Shown here: positions 8,972 through 20,829 of the stretch, piece by piece
How the letters are laid out: the number at the start of each line of letters is the position of its first letter
Position numbering within the stretch: position 1 is the stretch's first letter
NCBI GenBank assembly: GCA_002269645.1
Contig: NIVC01005090.1
Coordinates: forward strand, 1-26,493
Direction of reading: 5' to 3'
Length of the DNA: 26,493 nucleotides
DNA from: Macrostomum lignano
Lineage: Eukaryota
Position numbers and translations under genes: made by a program
The notes under the pieces: generated by a model
Told to the model about the DNA's origin: nothing
What the model saw: only the letters and a program-made list of their open reading frames with translations
Databases searched by the model: none

Positions 8972-9856
8972 CTACATCATGTGCGTATCACCGTCTGAGC
9001 CGTCAGCAGAGGCGGCGCCAGCGTTCTCGGAGTCGCTGCTGCTGCCCACGCGGTCAGAGAAAGAGATGCCGTCGTCAGAATAGTCGTCGTCGTGATGGTT
9101 GTTCAGCTGGTAGCCGTTGTCGCCAGCCGGAGGAAAATCGTGTCCGAGCTTTCGGCCAGCGGCTGAAGAGCCCGGCGTTGCGCGCCTCGCGTCGAACGGA
9201 CCGCCGCGAAGTCGCTGCGGCTGCTGCCTCGCCGGGAAGCTCCTGGCGGGAGCGCCGCCGGGAAACTGCAGACTGAACTCCGCGTCCTCCGCCTCTACCG
9301 AGTTGCCGCCGCGGTCCTGCCGCACGCTGGGGCGCACAACCAGCGAGCCGTTCTCGGCGATCCAGGAATCGAGCTGCAGGACGAGTCGCAGCTCGCTCGG
9401 CTCCGTGACGACACGCCGCCCACTGCCCGCCAGGTTGCTGGCGTTGGTGGCCACCGGCTGCGGCTCAAGCGAGCGCTGAAGCGTCTGAAGCTTTTCCCGC
9501 TTTTGCTGCGGCTGCTGCTGCTGTTGCTGTTGTTCCTGCTGCTGCTGCGGCGGCTGCTGAAGCTGCTGGCAGTTCTTCATGTACATTGCAATCTGGTTGA
9601 AGAGCTGCTGCACTTCCTGCTGATGCTGCTGCTGCTGCTGCTGCTCGTGCTTGTGGTGTCTTTCCGCTTTTTGTGTTTTCCTCTTTCGCTGTTGCTGCTG
9701 CCCGCCAGCCTTGCCGCTGGCTGCTCCCGCTGTCACCGCAGGTGCGGGGCTGGGCTCTTGCTCTTTTATCTTGTTAATGACCTTCTCGAACTGCGCTGCC
9801 AGCTGAGCAGCCGTTTGAAAGAGCTGCTGCTCCGTGCTGTCGCCGCTTTCTGCCAT
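8972..9856 (-). CDS. Hypothetical Gln-rich, largely low-complexity protein (294 aa), single coding exon
   Basis: Intact GC-rich ORF with polyQ tracts, a basic RKRK patch and an acidic tail. A 3' splice acceptor TTTTATTCTAG lies 15 nt upstream of the ATG. Confidence 0.7.
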   Translation of the reverse strand: MAESGDSTEQQLFQTAAQLAAQFEKVINKIKEQEPSPAPAVTAGAASGKAGGQQQQRKRKTQKAERHHKHEQQQQQQHQQEVQQLFNQIAMYMKNCQQLQQPPQQQQEQQQQQQQPQQKREKLQTLQRSLEPQPVATNASNLAGSGRRVVTEPSELRLVLQLDSWIAENGSLVVRPSVRQDRGGNSVEAEDAEFSLQFPGGAPARSFPARQQPQRLRGGPFDARRATPGSSAAGRKLGHDFPPAGDNGYQLNNHHDDDYSDDGISFSDRVGSSSDSENAGAASADGSDGDTHMM

Positions 9857-11617
9857 CGTTCTGCTTGACCACTAGAATAAAATCAGCTGGCTTGCTGCGC
9901 GCATTTCTAAAGACTGATATTCTGCTTTTGGGCTTTTGGTCGGCAGCGCCTCGTGACCCTGTTTGACGCTTTTAGGCCATAGACGCGCGTTTCGATGAAT
10001 CGAATTTCTAATATAAAGTTGCATGCAATGATGGAGTTTAGCCAGTCCTTCCGTTTTCAATAGGTGCACGGTGTTCGGATGCTAAACGCTCTAGGAGATT
10101 ACATATCAAGATGAGTCGACAGACACTCAGAGTCTCTGCATTCGACACACATGGTATCAGTAAATTTTGTTTCCCAGCTGCCACCGGTTCAAAGTACTTA
10201 CTGGGGAAGTCACGGTTCTGTGAGATCAGTTCTCTGTTCTCATCAGTATAGCAAGAATTAAGTTTCTTCACGTAGAAACTTAAAACTTTTCTGTCACACA
10301 AACGTCACCAGCGTCTTTTAACACAACGGCAAATATATACATATGTTTGTATAAAATACATTGTATATTACTTAATGTACGAAGTCCAGAGTAGGGTCGA
10401 TTCAGTCCGGTAGAGATTCAAACGTACAGAAAGAAACAGAGGAACGTAGAAAGGAAGATAGAAGCTCGGCACTGTGTGAGACGGAACGCGTTGGCAAAAC
10501 AAATTCTGTTTCTGTTAGAGTTGGTTTTCTTAGTATTTTATTACTGCACAGAATCCACACAGAAGGCTGACGGACTGGCTCGAACAGAAGGTTGAAGCGT
10601 TGAAGCTACGAGCAGTTCAAGAATGCAGAACTCCGTCGCGACTCCAGCTGACCATGCCACAGCATCCGAGCCGCACTGCTCACAGCCGGTGCAGGAGGCG
10701 CTGCTGCTGACGCTGCAGGCTCCCCACCGACAAGGACAGGCGCGCTCTCCAGGGATGCTGTTCTCCAGCTATTTAAGGCCCCACCAACAGAGCATTTTCG
10801 CCGTAAATTTTTCCACGCCGTTAAACAATAGAATAAAAATAGAAGCCGACAGCGGATGGATGTGCATGCAAATACACGCTTTTCAAAACTGCCTTCAGCA
10901 AAATGGCAGTCACTCTCTTCATCCCTCCTACAGTTGCCATAATTCAGGCGACTGGCAACTGTGGCCCAGTTGTGCGATCCGATAAAGAACCGGATCGATC
11001 GGCCGCCGCTGCCATTTAAGTTAAAATGGAATCCTCATCTTCCCATTCATCCCTTCTGTAGAAGCTGTTTGGAGGAGGATCAATAAGGGTTTTCTCTTCT
11101 TTTTTAGGGTCTGAGCAGCATGCTTTAGCGTTGTTTTTGTTGTTTGTTGTCTTTTCGCTTAATATTACAACCTCTTTAATGGTTGAATGATGTCCTCAAT
11201 ACACAAACATGCTGGTAAGTATCGGTAGAGCCTATTGTTTTTCAGTTTATTCACGATGCGCGTCAAGTTATATTTTTTAAATAAAATTTCACAAAATAAA
11301 TTCCTTTGAAAGTTACAAATGTTAAAAATTAAATTCTTCCCAATCAATCAACATTACGCGGTAAGTTGGTCCAGTTATAACACTTCACAACAGAGAAAAT
11401 TAAAACAAAATGAGTAAAAAAGCATCCAGGCTGTAAGCCCATCTGAGTCATCAAAATTACAGGCAATGTCAAAAACAAAAAAAACTTCAGACAAATTATT
11501 TCAACCCTAAAATATCCCGGGTGCCAGAAAAATCTTGAGGCTCATGTCGACTTGTTAAGGCTTTATTGAGTATTGAAGTATTGAACCTGTTGAGTATATC
11601 CCGCTAATAGCCAGTTA

Positions 11618-12374
11618 CGAGGCCAAAAAGTATCGAGAATTGCTGTCTAACTCTGAAAATACGAGCTTTTACTAAAATTAATCGATGTCTTCTTGCAGCT
11701 CAGCTTCTCAGCTTTTATAGGAAGCAGTCTTGTGTCGGAGAGTTTTGGTTTTAATGATTTTTTAATGATTTTTCTAAATAGCTGTCATACTGCTATGAGT
11801 ATGTCACAAAATGAACAATGAGCAACTAATCAACATCAATTTTCCGGTGAAACTCGGCAAGAAGCTATCGGAATGCCTCCAGCTGCTTCACGAGGTGTAT
11901 AGAGAAGATGCTAAGTCTCAGGCAAGGGTGTATTAGTGGCACAAGCGATTCCAGGATGGATAGGAGAGCGTCAAAGATGGGGCCAAAGTTCCTCACTGAC
12001 GGTCAGAAAAAACTGCAATTAAACATCGAGACATTGAGACAGTTTTTGGCCAAAAGATAGGTCGCAGAGTTGAGCCACCCACCTTATTCACCAGATATAG
12101 CGCTGTGTGATTCCTGGCTCTTTAACAAGGTGAAGCAGGTCCTCAAAGGATCCAGATTTCAAAACTAGGATGCCATCAAGGAGAGTGTGACAAGGGTGCT
12201 GAGGGGCGTCATGAAGGAGGGCTTCCAGGGCTGCATCAGGAGCTGGCACTAGCGATTGAGGCGATGGGTTGAAAGTGGCCGCAATTAATTTGAAGGCTGT
12301 AGTTGACTAAATTTGCATAATTTGTTCTGAAATTTTTTGTAGCTAAATTCTCGTTCCATTTTGGCCGGACCTCA
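11618..12374 (+). mobile_element. Internally deleted, decayed mariner element (irritans/Hsmar2-like CGAGG termini), ~757 bp
   Basis: Left end TA|CGAGG-CCAAAAAGTATCGAGAATT. The right TIR reverse-complements to TGAGGTCCGGCCAAAATGGAACGAGAATT. Transposase remnants: MNNEQLININFPVKLGKK...ARVY*WHKRFQDG*ESVKD (HTH, 11811-11980), PKFLTDGQK (linker) and LSHPPYSPDIALCDSWLF (YSPDL motif). Confidence 0.93.
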
Positions 12375-12693
12375 TGCATCTCAGATTGACCGTAAATCTC
12401 TTCATAAGTAACTAGCACATGACTTATCTATTTCACAGAAACCCCGAATGCAAGCTTGTTAACTTCCAAAAAACTATACCTACGACTAAAACCCAATTTT
12501 AAAAAGCAATGTAAGTGCTTACTAATACCCCAGGTAAAAACATAATGGAAGTCTTAAAAAACACTAATAAACGTATTGTACCGAAAAAACAACCACATCC
12601 ACCACCGAAAAAAACTTGACAAACGGGTCTAGGACAGTTAACCGAAAAACATTGAACGACCTTATACTCAATAGAAAAAGGGCCTCAACGAAA

Positions 12694-15600
12694 TTAACCG
12701 AAGTAGCCGTCTTTAGTTGACTCGGCCTGTCGTTTCTCGTCCGACTGCGCGAGCTCGACACTGGCGCCAGCTTGTCCAAGACCGAGCTTGGCGCTAGATT
12801 CTTGCTTACTCGAGCGCTCTTTGCTGTCGCCGTCTTTAGTTGACTCGGCCTGTCGTTGCTCGTCCGACTGCGCGAGCTCGACACTGGCGCCAGCTTGTCC
12901 AAGACCGAGCTTGGCGCTAGATTCTTGCTTACTCGAGCGCTCTTTGCTGTCGCCGTCTTTAGTTGACTCGGCCTGTCGTTTCTCGTCCGACTGCGCGAGC
13001 TCGACACTGGCGCCAGCTTGTCCAAGACCGAGCTTGGCGCTAGATTCTTGCTTACTCGAGCGCTCTTTGCTGTCGCCGTCTTTAGTTGACTCGGCCTGTC
13101 GTTTCTCGTCCGACTGCGCGAGCTCGACACTGGCGCCAGCTTGTCCAAGACCGAGCTTGGCGCTAGATTCTTGCTTACTCGAGCGCTCTTTGCTGTCGCC
13201 GTCTTTAGTTGACTCGGCCTGTCGTTTCTCGTCCGACTGCGCGAGCTCGACACTGGTGCCAGCTTGTTCGAATTGGAGTCCTGCGCTTACGCATTTTCTT
13301 TCAGTTTTATTGTGATTTGGGTTTTTGTGTGTAGTTTGATTTTCTGTTTTAAAGGCAAAACTGGTTTTTGATTCGTCCTTAGATAGGTGTATTCCTTGTC
13401 TTGAGGTGGACTTTCTTTTTGTTAGAGCTCCTTCTTTGGTTTCTTTTTCCTTTTTGTATATCCCGATTTGCTTGGTTTGTTCGCCTCCGCCGGCCTCGAC
13501 TTCGTATTGTCCGTGGCCTAGGGTTAACGCAACTTCTTGTTCATTGGTTCTTGCTGCTATTTTATGTTTTCCCTTTTTTACTTTGGCTTCCGTTCCTATG
13601 GATCCGTGCGTGATGCCTAATTGAGTGTCGTTGCGTTGTACCGATAAACTGAAGTCATCATCTGTTGTTTTAACTTTTAGCTGATCCTGCTTTTTTTTAA
13701 TCTGATGCCATCTCCAGACAACTCCACTTTGGTGTCCTTTGATGCGTTAGGCTTCCTCGGTTTTTTTCCTTGCTGTGTGTATTTTTTTGGCATGGAGGAA
13801 TGATTCATATTGTTTTGCTTATTAGCAGTTGATAATGTTTTCGAGAGAGTTCTCTTGGCTTGATCTACGGCTTGGCTTGTCATGTCTCCTATGCTCTTTC
13901 TTAAATAATCCTCTAGTATAGCACTGACTACTTCGCTGGTTTGCGACCGCATTTGCTGCCCGACTTTGCTTGTCAGTTGGCTGAGTTGCTCCACATTTTT
14001 CATATTCTTTTCCTTTAGCTTGAGATTAGGGTCGTACTTGATTTCCCAATCGTCGCTTCCGTCAATTAAAAAACAATCTATATTTTTTACAATGCTGCCA
14101 ACGACAGTTCTCAAGTTCTCAGCCTGCACTCCGATGGCTGCAGCATCCACCGCTACGGCTGCCAGCCTGAGGAAAACTAGGAGCCCTTTAAAGTGTTCTG
14201 CTAATTCAGAGTTTAAATTGCTCAGATATGACTTTATTGTATCCATGACCTTTTCCATCGCTTCTGCATCGTTCAGAACTTTGTGTGCTGCCTCTTCCGT
14301 GGCTTCTTTAAGTGCCTTCAATACATTGATTTGCAGTTCCGGAGTAAGCATGGAGAAATCTAATACATTCATTTTTTCCGTCGCTTGATTTTTCTGCACG
14401 CACATGGGAGCTGCTATTCGAACAACAATGTCGTACAGCCTTCCTCGCTGGGCTTCTTCGTTGCACTTTCCCTCGATATCAATTTCAACATTCTTCTTTA
14501 ACTTAGAAATTAAACTGTCAATGAGCCGTCTTTGAGCATCAGTTACAGCAAAGTCTGCTAAAAACTTAAACACGGGATTGTCTACTATACCTTTGAGCAC
14601 TTTTACAGTATTTTCTCCAACCAACTTTGTGACCAAAGATCCAGCTTTGGAATAATGTTTACTTCCAACTGAACTCATATTTTTCGCCACCGCTCCGAAC
14701 TTTGTCGATGATTTTAAGTACCCAATAACTTTACTAAAGCCGAAAGTAAGTAGGGATAAGCCAATGTTTAGAGCCTTGCTTTTCAACCAAGACGTAGAAT
14801 CAAATTCTCCTTTAAGTAAACCCATGGTACCGGCCAATATGTCACTGAAGCCTTCAAAGACTAAGTTTACACCACCAAAAGAAAACATGCAGCCAATGGC
14901 GATCTCGATTAAACCTAAAATTATTACCGCGATCGCGAATCGATACTGGGGTTTTTTCATCACACTGAATAGCCTCACGTGACCCAATAAGTAGAGAGAC
15001 CTCAGCTCATCAAGTGTAATTCTGTCTGGGTCTTTCTCGATGTCCTTTATACAAGTGCTAATAGCGACGATTTGGCCATCTTTTAATTCTTCAAGTTTTT
15101 TTAACTTTGTTCGATTCCAGCTTTGTACTTTAGGATAATATCAATCCTAGTAGTACATTGGCCGGATAGTGCACTTTTATCAGACTTTTTATCCAATTTG
15201 AATGCTTGATCGGATGTAACCTCTTGATCAGCCTGATCCACTTGATCTGTTTGATCGGATGTAACCTCTTGATCAGCTTGATCCACTTGATCTGTTTGAT
15301 CCGATGTAACCTCTTGATCAGCTTGATCCACTTGATCAGCTTGATCCACTTGATCTGTTTCATCCGCTTTTAATCTTGCTCCAGAAAAAAACCGAGTCCA
15401 CAAGGAGTGGGCTAGCCACGTTTCCTTAATTCTTGTTTTGGCTTCCTGCAAGTCGTTTTTGACATCTTCAATGCCGCTATCACCTTTCATTATCTTCGCA
15501 TACGCTCTATTGTAGTAGGCTATTGAAGACCAGGCGCAATTCATTGCAATAGCTTTAGTATATAAATCAATTGCTTTTTGGAAATCCTCATGTCGTAAAT

Positions 15601-18600
15601 ATTTGTCCGCAAGTTTTAGAGTTTGAAACGGACTCATTAAACAATCTGATTCAATATTTTTTGTGGCGTCCTTGAAAGTTTCCTTGACTTCTCTAACATA
15701 CTTGTCTGTGTTTGGTTTGCTGAAGTCGGCAGTGTGGCACAAAATTGTCTTTAGATGCATTCCCCAGATTTCTTTCAGACAGTTCAATTTGAGCTTTAGG
15801 TCTATATCATCCTTATTTGCCTGGCGGTACTTCGTTAATGAGCGACTGAAGCGACGAAACAGGCTTTCCTCGAATTCTACTTCAGGCATAGAAAATTCCG
15901 TATGATTTCGCAGCTCTTGTAAACTGGCCTCCTGCCTCACTTGCTTCATCTCCTCTACCGAGTCGCAGTCAGCAAAACAAGCGCTAAGACCCTCCTGGCT
16001 TAGAATCAATGTTGCAGAACCCCGCTGACCCTTGCGTCCACTGCGACCACACACTTGCTCCTCGACTCGCTGATTCAAGGGGAGAAATGTGACAAGTACG
16101 TGCAGACCTCCAGCTGCCTCTGCTTCATCGTTTACTTTCACGTCCGTGCCTCTGCCTGCCAAATTCGTGGCCACAATCACATCTCCTGGACCAACAATCA
16201 GCTCAGACTTTGTATCTTCGTTCCTGATGTACCTTTTAGGCGTAACCCCGTGACATCGGCGAGTTACCTCGTTGAGAACGAGATCAGCACTGTTTATGTC
16301 CTCACAAACAATCAGAGTTGGCCGGTGCCTTTCCTTCTTTACTAGCTGGCAAAGCTTTGAGATGCACTCAGATTTGGTTTCGGTGACAATGCCCGGGTTC
16401 TCTACTAGCCGGCGTTCCCTGAACGGAGGAATATAGTTTAGCTGTACTTTGTAGGTTTTGCGCATGAACTCCTTCTCGTGCTCCTCCCCGAGAGTCCCAG
16501 AAACGCCGAACACCGCGGTGCCATACCGACGGAAAAAAGATAAATTTGATAAAAAGTTTGTCTCTAAACCAAGAGGTCTCATTTGTAGACGATGCTTCAG
16601 CTGCAGGAACTGCTGCAGTCCATCGCTCCATCTCATGTTTTCTTGAACCACACCTGTGTGCTTGAAGTCCACAGGCACAGCATCTCCGTCCTGCAAGAGG
16701 TAGTCGCGTCCAGGCTGCAGAACTCCTGCGGTGAGAGCACTGTTGATCCAGACGTCAAGCATATCGTCGATGAACCCTTTCAGGTGTTTTGGCATCGGCA
16801 GTTGCTTTTCCTTGCTAGTTACTTCCGTTTTAGAGTCGTCAGTTGAATCCTTTAAGGATGTGCTGTAATTAATTTGGGATTGAACATCCTCTCTTTTTTT
16901 CGAAATGAAGTCCTCAATATTGGCGAACAGCAATCTGCAGACACCGCCTTGGTTCACGAGAAGATGCGTGGAACAGTCTTCTGAATGCTCCAGTGGTTCT
17001 ATTTCCGCATTTCTGTAGGTGTAGATGTTGCACTGGGAAACTGGAGCAAGGAATCTGCGGCAGTGGTTAGAATTTCTCTTACTCTGCCGATATCGAATTG
17101 AGATAAATCAACGGGATCTACAGTCTGATTCAAGAAGTCCTTCTTTTCCTCTGAGTTTATCAGTTCTTTCTGAAGTAGCGTTTCAATTAACTCATTGAAT
17201 TCCTCATCGGACGTTAGTTCTTTAAGGAAGTAGAGAAATGTCATTGCCTGCTCTGCAGCCATTTCACCTCCATGCACGGTGTTTAGAACATGACAACCGA
17301 ATGTGGCTCTGAAAATCGTCGGAAAAACTGGGTCCAGCATTTTCATGTCTCCCACATCCTGAGAAAGATACGTTAGCTGCACTCCCTGGTCGAGCAGCAG
17401 TGAATCGACCTCATCCACAATAACTGCGTCGAAGCTTCTTGTGCCACGAATTTCCTTAAACTGGAACTCGTGCCGCAAAACGTCACCTGCAAATGAAGAC
17501 ACCGTGCCATACACTATTTTGGACTCATAACACTCTTTTGGTTTTTTATGATTAATGTTGCAGCTAACGGTAACTTTGCATTCTTTATAAAAATCATGCC
17601 ATTCTTGGCAGTCTCTTTCAGCCAGAACTTCAGAGGGTGCAACGACGTCAACTGACGTCCTCCCGAGAAGCAGAAGTCCGACGGCGGTCATTGCCACAAT
17701 GCACGATTTTCCTTCGCCAGTCAGAATCTGCAAAATTTGTCCGAATTTCTTGCTAGCAGAGCTTTTGAGCAAGGCAGCAGCACTGAGAAGCTGTGTGTTC
17801 CTCGGAAGATATCCTTTACATTTTCTCACTGCCTTTGACAGATCAATCAAAATTTTGTGCAATGGTGGTTCCTTTCCACGCTCCCATAGTTTGATTTTGC
17901 TAAGCTTTTCGGCGATAGTTTTTTTGCTTTGCCAAATCCGGACAAATCAAAATATTTCGCGGTTTTACTGACGACATCTTCAAGCTTGAAAAGCTGATCC
18001 TCTTCAAATCCTCCTGATTCCTTAAGTTCAGCTAGAAGTTCGCCGAGAGTCCTCTGTGCTGCCTGATCCTTTTCAAGTCGCTCAATGGTGGCCTTTGAAA
18101 TAGTCTCGCTGGAATCCAGAAGACCTTTTAAATCGCAGCGGCTCAAAATCATCATCTGGACGACCTGTCTTACTTGATCAGGTGTCGAGTCACTAGAGTG
18201 AATGAGCTCCATTAGCTTGAGCGTGCTTGCAGAATCCCAGTGCTGCATTGACAGAATGAGCTCAACCACACATTCGGTGTCCGATTTCTTATCCAGATAG
18301 TCAGCGATGCCAGCAGTTTTCAGCATTGCTGTCACGACGGATCGAAGTCTCTTCAAGTCGGTGTCTGCTTTCTGGACAGGCCAGAGTCGAGTAATATCTT
18401 CAGCCACTAAGAGTAGCTTCAGCAGAATTTTTATGACAGGATTAGTCTCATCCTGATTGTTTGCCATTAGCAGCTTATCCAGATGTTGTATGGCACAATT
18501 TGTGTCACGGAACTGATGAAGAAGTTCATCCAACTCGTCTTCGTTCAAAAGGTCTTCAGCGGATTTTTCTTTAAAAAAAAGCAAAACCAGCAAGCCATAA

Positions 18601-20161
18601 TACACCATGTCGATTTCTGTTTTCGGAAAGCAAAATTCTATGAGAACCTTGTTTGCAGCGTCTAGCACTTGGCCAGCCGACTCTTCATCTAGAAGCTTAA
18701 GAAGCGACAAGTGTGTCGCCATTTGATTCTCTTTATTGGGCTGAGGAATTCGTGACTTCCAATGACTACGAAAATGATTCAGGAATTGCGATCTTGAAAC
18801 GGCTTCTACAGTTCTCAAAGCATTTTGACCACTCGCATTCTGACTTGCTTCTTTGAGACGGGTAAAAACATCTCCGACAGCATATTCAATGCTTTTATCT
18901 ATTTGGCTCCTGATATCTGCAACAGTAGCATCGGAAACTCCAAGGCTTGCATAGTCTTTTGCACACTTGCCGCGCACATGCTGTATCGAGACTCTCAAGC
19001 CTTTGAACAATCTCTGCATTTCTTTTGCTCTATGGTTTTCCCTTGCTGTTGCCACTTGCCGTCCAAATTTCTCTGTTTTCTGTAGGTTCTCAGACGCTTG
19101 CTGATTTCTCCTTATCTTTGCTCGCTGCTCTTCAATTCTTCTGGCGATATCGGCCTCCTTTCAGCTAGTTCAGCTTCGAACTCTCTTCTTCCTTTTTCAA
19201 GCTCCTCCTGCTGCGACTGCAGTCTCTTCTTCATCTCCAAGCTATGCTCTTCCATCTCAATCTGCTTCTTCTGCATCTCGCTCTGAAAGCGACCTTTCCT
19301 TTCTTTAAACTGCGCTTGCAGACGAGCTCTGTGTTGATCAGCTTCCGCATTGAGGCTGTTAAACCTTGCACTTGTCTCTGACGTAATCCGCTCCTTTTGG
19401 TGCCGAAAGCTTTCCAGTCTTTCCATTCGAATCTTTTCCACCTCTTTTTTTTCCTCCAGAAAATCCTGTTGGCCTTTAGTTTTCCAGTCTGTCTTTTGCT
19501 TCTGCAGTTGAGAGAAAAGCTTTTCTCGATTCTTATTCTGCTGGGAAGAACTCTCAGCCTGCCTGCCTAACCTGTCTTTTTGCATCTCCTGGCACCTTCT
19601 TTTGAACTTATCTTCTCTGCGGCTGAATGCGTTTAATGCCCTGCTTCTTTCTGAATTCCACGCCTCCCATTTTTTTCTGTTTTCTTCTAGGATCCTATCC
19701 TGCTGATCCTTCTGCTCTTTTATCTTTCTTTCGTCAAAGAGTGTCCGTTCTCTGTCACTCTGCTTCAGCTGCTCTCGAGCTGTTTGCATTCTTTGCTCCC
19801 GCTCTCTGCGTTTCCTGTCAGCAAACATAGACTTCGTTTCATATTTATATTCTGCCTCCTGTTTGCCGTCATAGCTCAGATGAATAAATCCCTCTGCCGG
19901 TGAATCCAGCTTCCATTCTTTGTTTCTGATCCCATTGCACCAAGACTGCATGTTTGGGTTTTGAATGGTCTCGTGTTTACCGTGCATTCCGTGTTTGAAG
20001 TAAATGTTAACCGGTAGACCTTCGTAGTCATAATGAACTGATCTACCAGATGGCAAATTGATGAGCTCGGATCCAGCACCAACTCCTATCACCTTGTACT
20101 TCGCTGCCACGCTCCAGTCCTCTTCTGTGTCGTTACAGAGCTTGCTCCCGGTGTTGCCCAT
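12694..20161 (-). CDS. Giant eukaryotic SecA-like DEAD ATPase (~2490 aa after repairing five 1-nt homopolymer deletions). Parts: myristoylation motif, coiled coil, SecA NBD1/NBD2, TPR, hydrophobic hairpin, C-terminal repeats
   Basis: SecA-family motifs appear in order: QILTGEGKS (Walker A), APSEVLAERD, YGTVSSFAGDVLR, VIVDEVDSLLLD (Walker B), WSDGLQQFLQLKH, GVSGTLG, IVATNLAGRGTD, GGLHVL...EEQVCGRSGRKGQRGS. Frames join at ~19155, 17919-25, 17035-37, 15106-08 and 13691-98. Stop TAA at 12696-12694. Confidence 0.85.
12707..13264 (-). repeat. 123-bp coding tandem repeat (41 aa, QAGASVELAQSDEKRQAESTKDGDSKERSSKQESSAKLGLG), ~4.5 copies
   Basis: Units start at 12707, 12830, 12953, 13076 and 13199 and are nearly identical. 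They are in frame with the repaired SecA-like C-terminus. Confidence 0.93.
15206..15360 (-). repeat. 45-bp coding repeat (DQTDQVDQADQEVTS) built from 9-bp DQx subunits
   Basis: About 3 copies, seen in both DNA and translation, between the TPR and the hydrophobic segment. Confidence 0.9.
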
Positions 20162-20258
20162 GCTGCAAAGTTAATGCAGTTGTTATTAAATTGAAGCAAA
20201 TCAAAAAACGCACGGACACTAAAAGCAGCAAAAAATGGAGAATGTATGTTCCACGTTC

Positions 20259-20270
20259 TACGAGCTCGTA
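20259..20270. mobile_element. Probable 4+4 mariner footprint TA-CGAG-CTCG-TA
   Basis: The first four bases of both mariner ends are juxtaposed between two TA, in non-coding DNA upstream of the SecA-like ATG. Confidence 0.6.
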
Positions 20271-20829
20271 CCTCGTTAACGAGAAGTTTGCTTCCACACC
20301 CTGATTGCTGCCCACATTCGCTACTGGAGAAGGGTAAGCCATCGATAGCAGGCGCTTTGGTCTGGAGCTGACCTTCGAGCTTCATTCTAGAGCCAGTTCA
20401 TTCTAGCTTACGAAAATCCTTATTTTATCCTTTTTATCCAATGGGACCCCAAGGAAGGGACTTTGGTGGGAAGTCTCGACACTAACTGGTTTAATTCTAG
20501 TCAACTGGTCTGACAAGTTATCAATTGCAGTAGTTTGTTTGAATCCCCGCATTGAAACTTAATGTATAAAAAATGTAGTTTTTTTGTAAGCAATAAAATC
20601 ACAGTGACCAACAGCCTATGAGCTATTAGTATGCAGTCAAATTCCATATTGGAGCTTCAGTTATAAATTCAAATCACATTCGAGTACATTATATGCTTGC
20701 ACAAAGCAATAACGTTTCTTTCTTACCTTTGGGCATGTGACGTGTATAGCAACCAGGATCAAGATTTTTAAGCAGTGATTAAACGAGAATTTTTTTATAA
20801 TGTTTTATATTTATAAATGTCTTACTTAC

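Noticed and set aside
10548-10830. Possible plus-strand exon (LTDWLEQKVEALKL... / IRAALLTAGAGG...)
   Set aside because: GC-rich and preceded by an acceptor, but it needs a frame change, has no clear donor or start, and shows no recognisable homology.
12564-13315. ORFs 12564-13253 (-) and 12788-13315 (+)
   Set aside because: Alternative frames of the 123-bp repeat. The third minus frame is the one continuous with the SecA-like gene.
17919-17925. Programmed -1 ribosomal frameshift as the main explanation
   Set aside because: Five serial shifts would make full-length product negligible, and three of the five sites are not slippery heptamers. Sequencing error is simpler.
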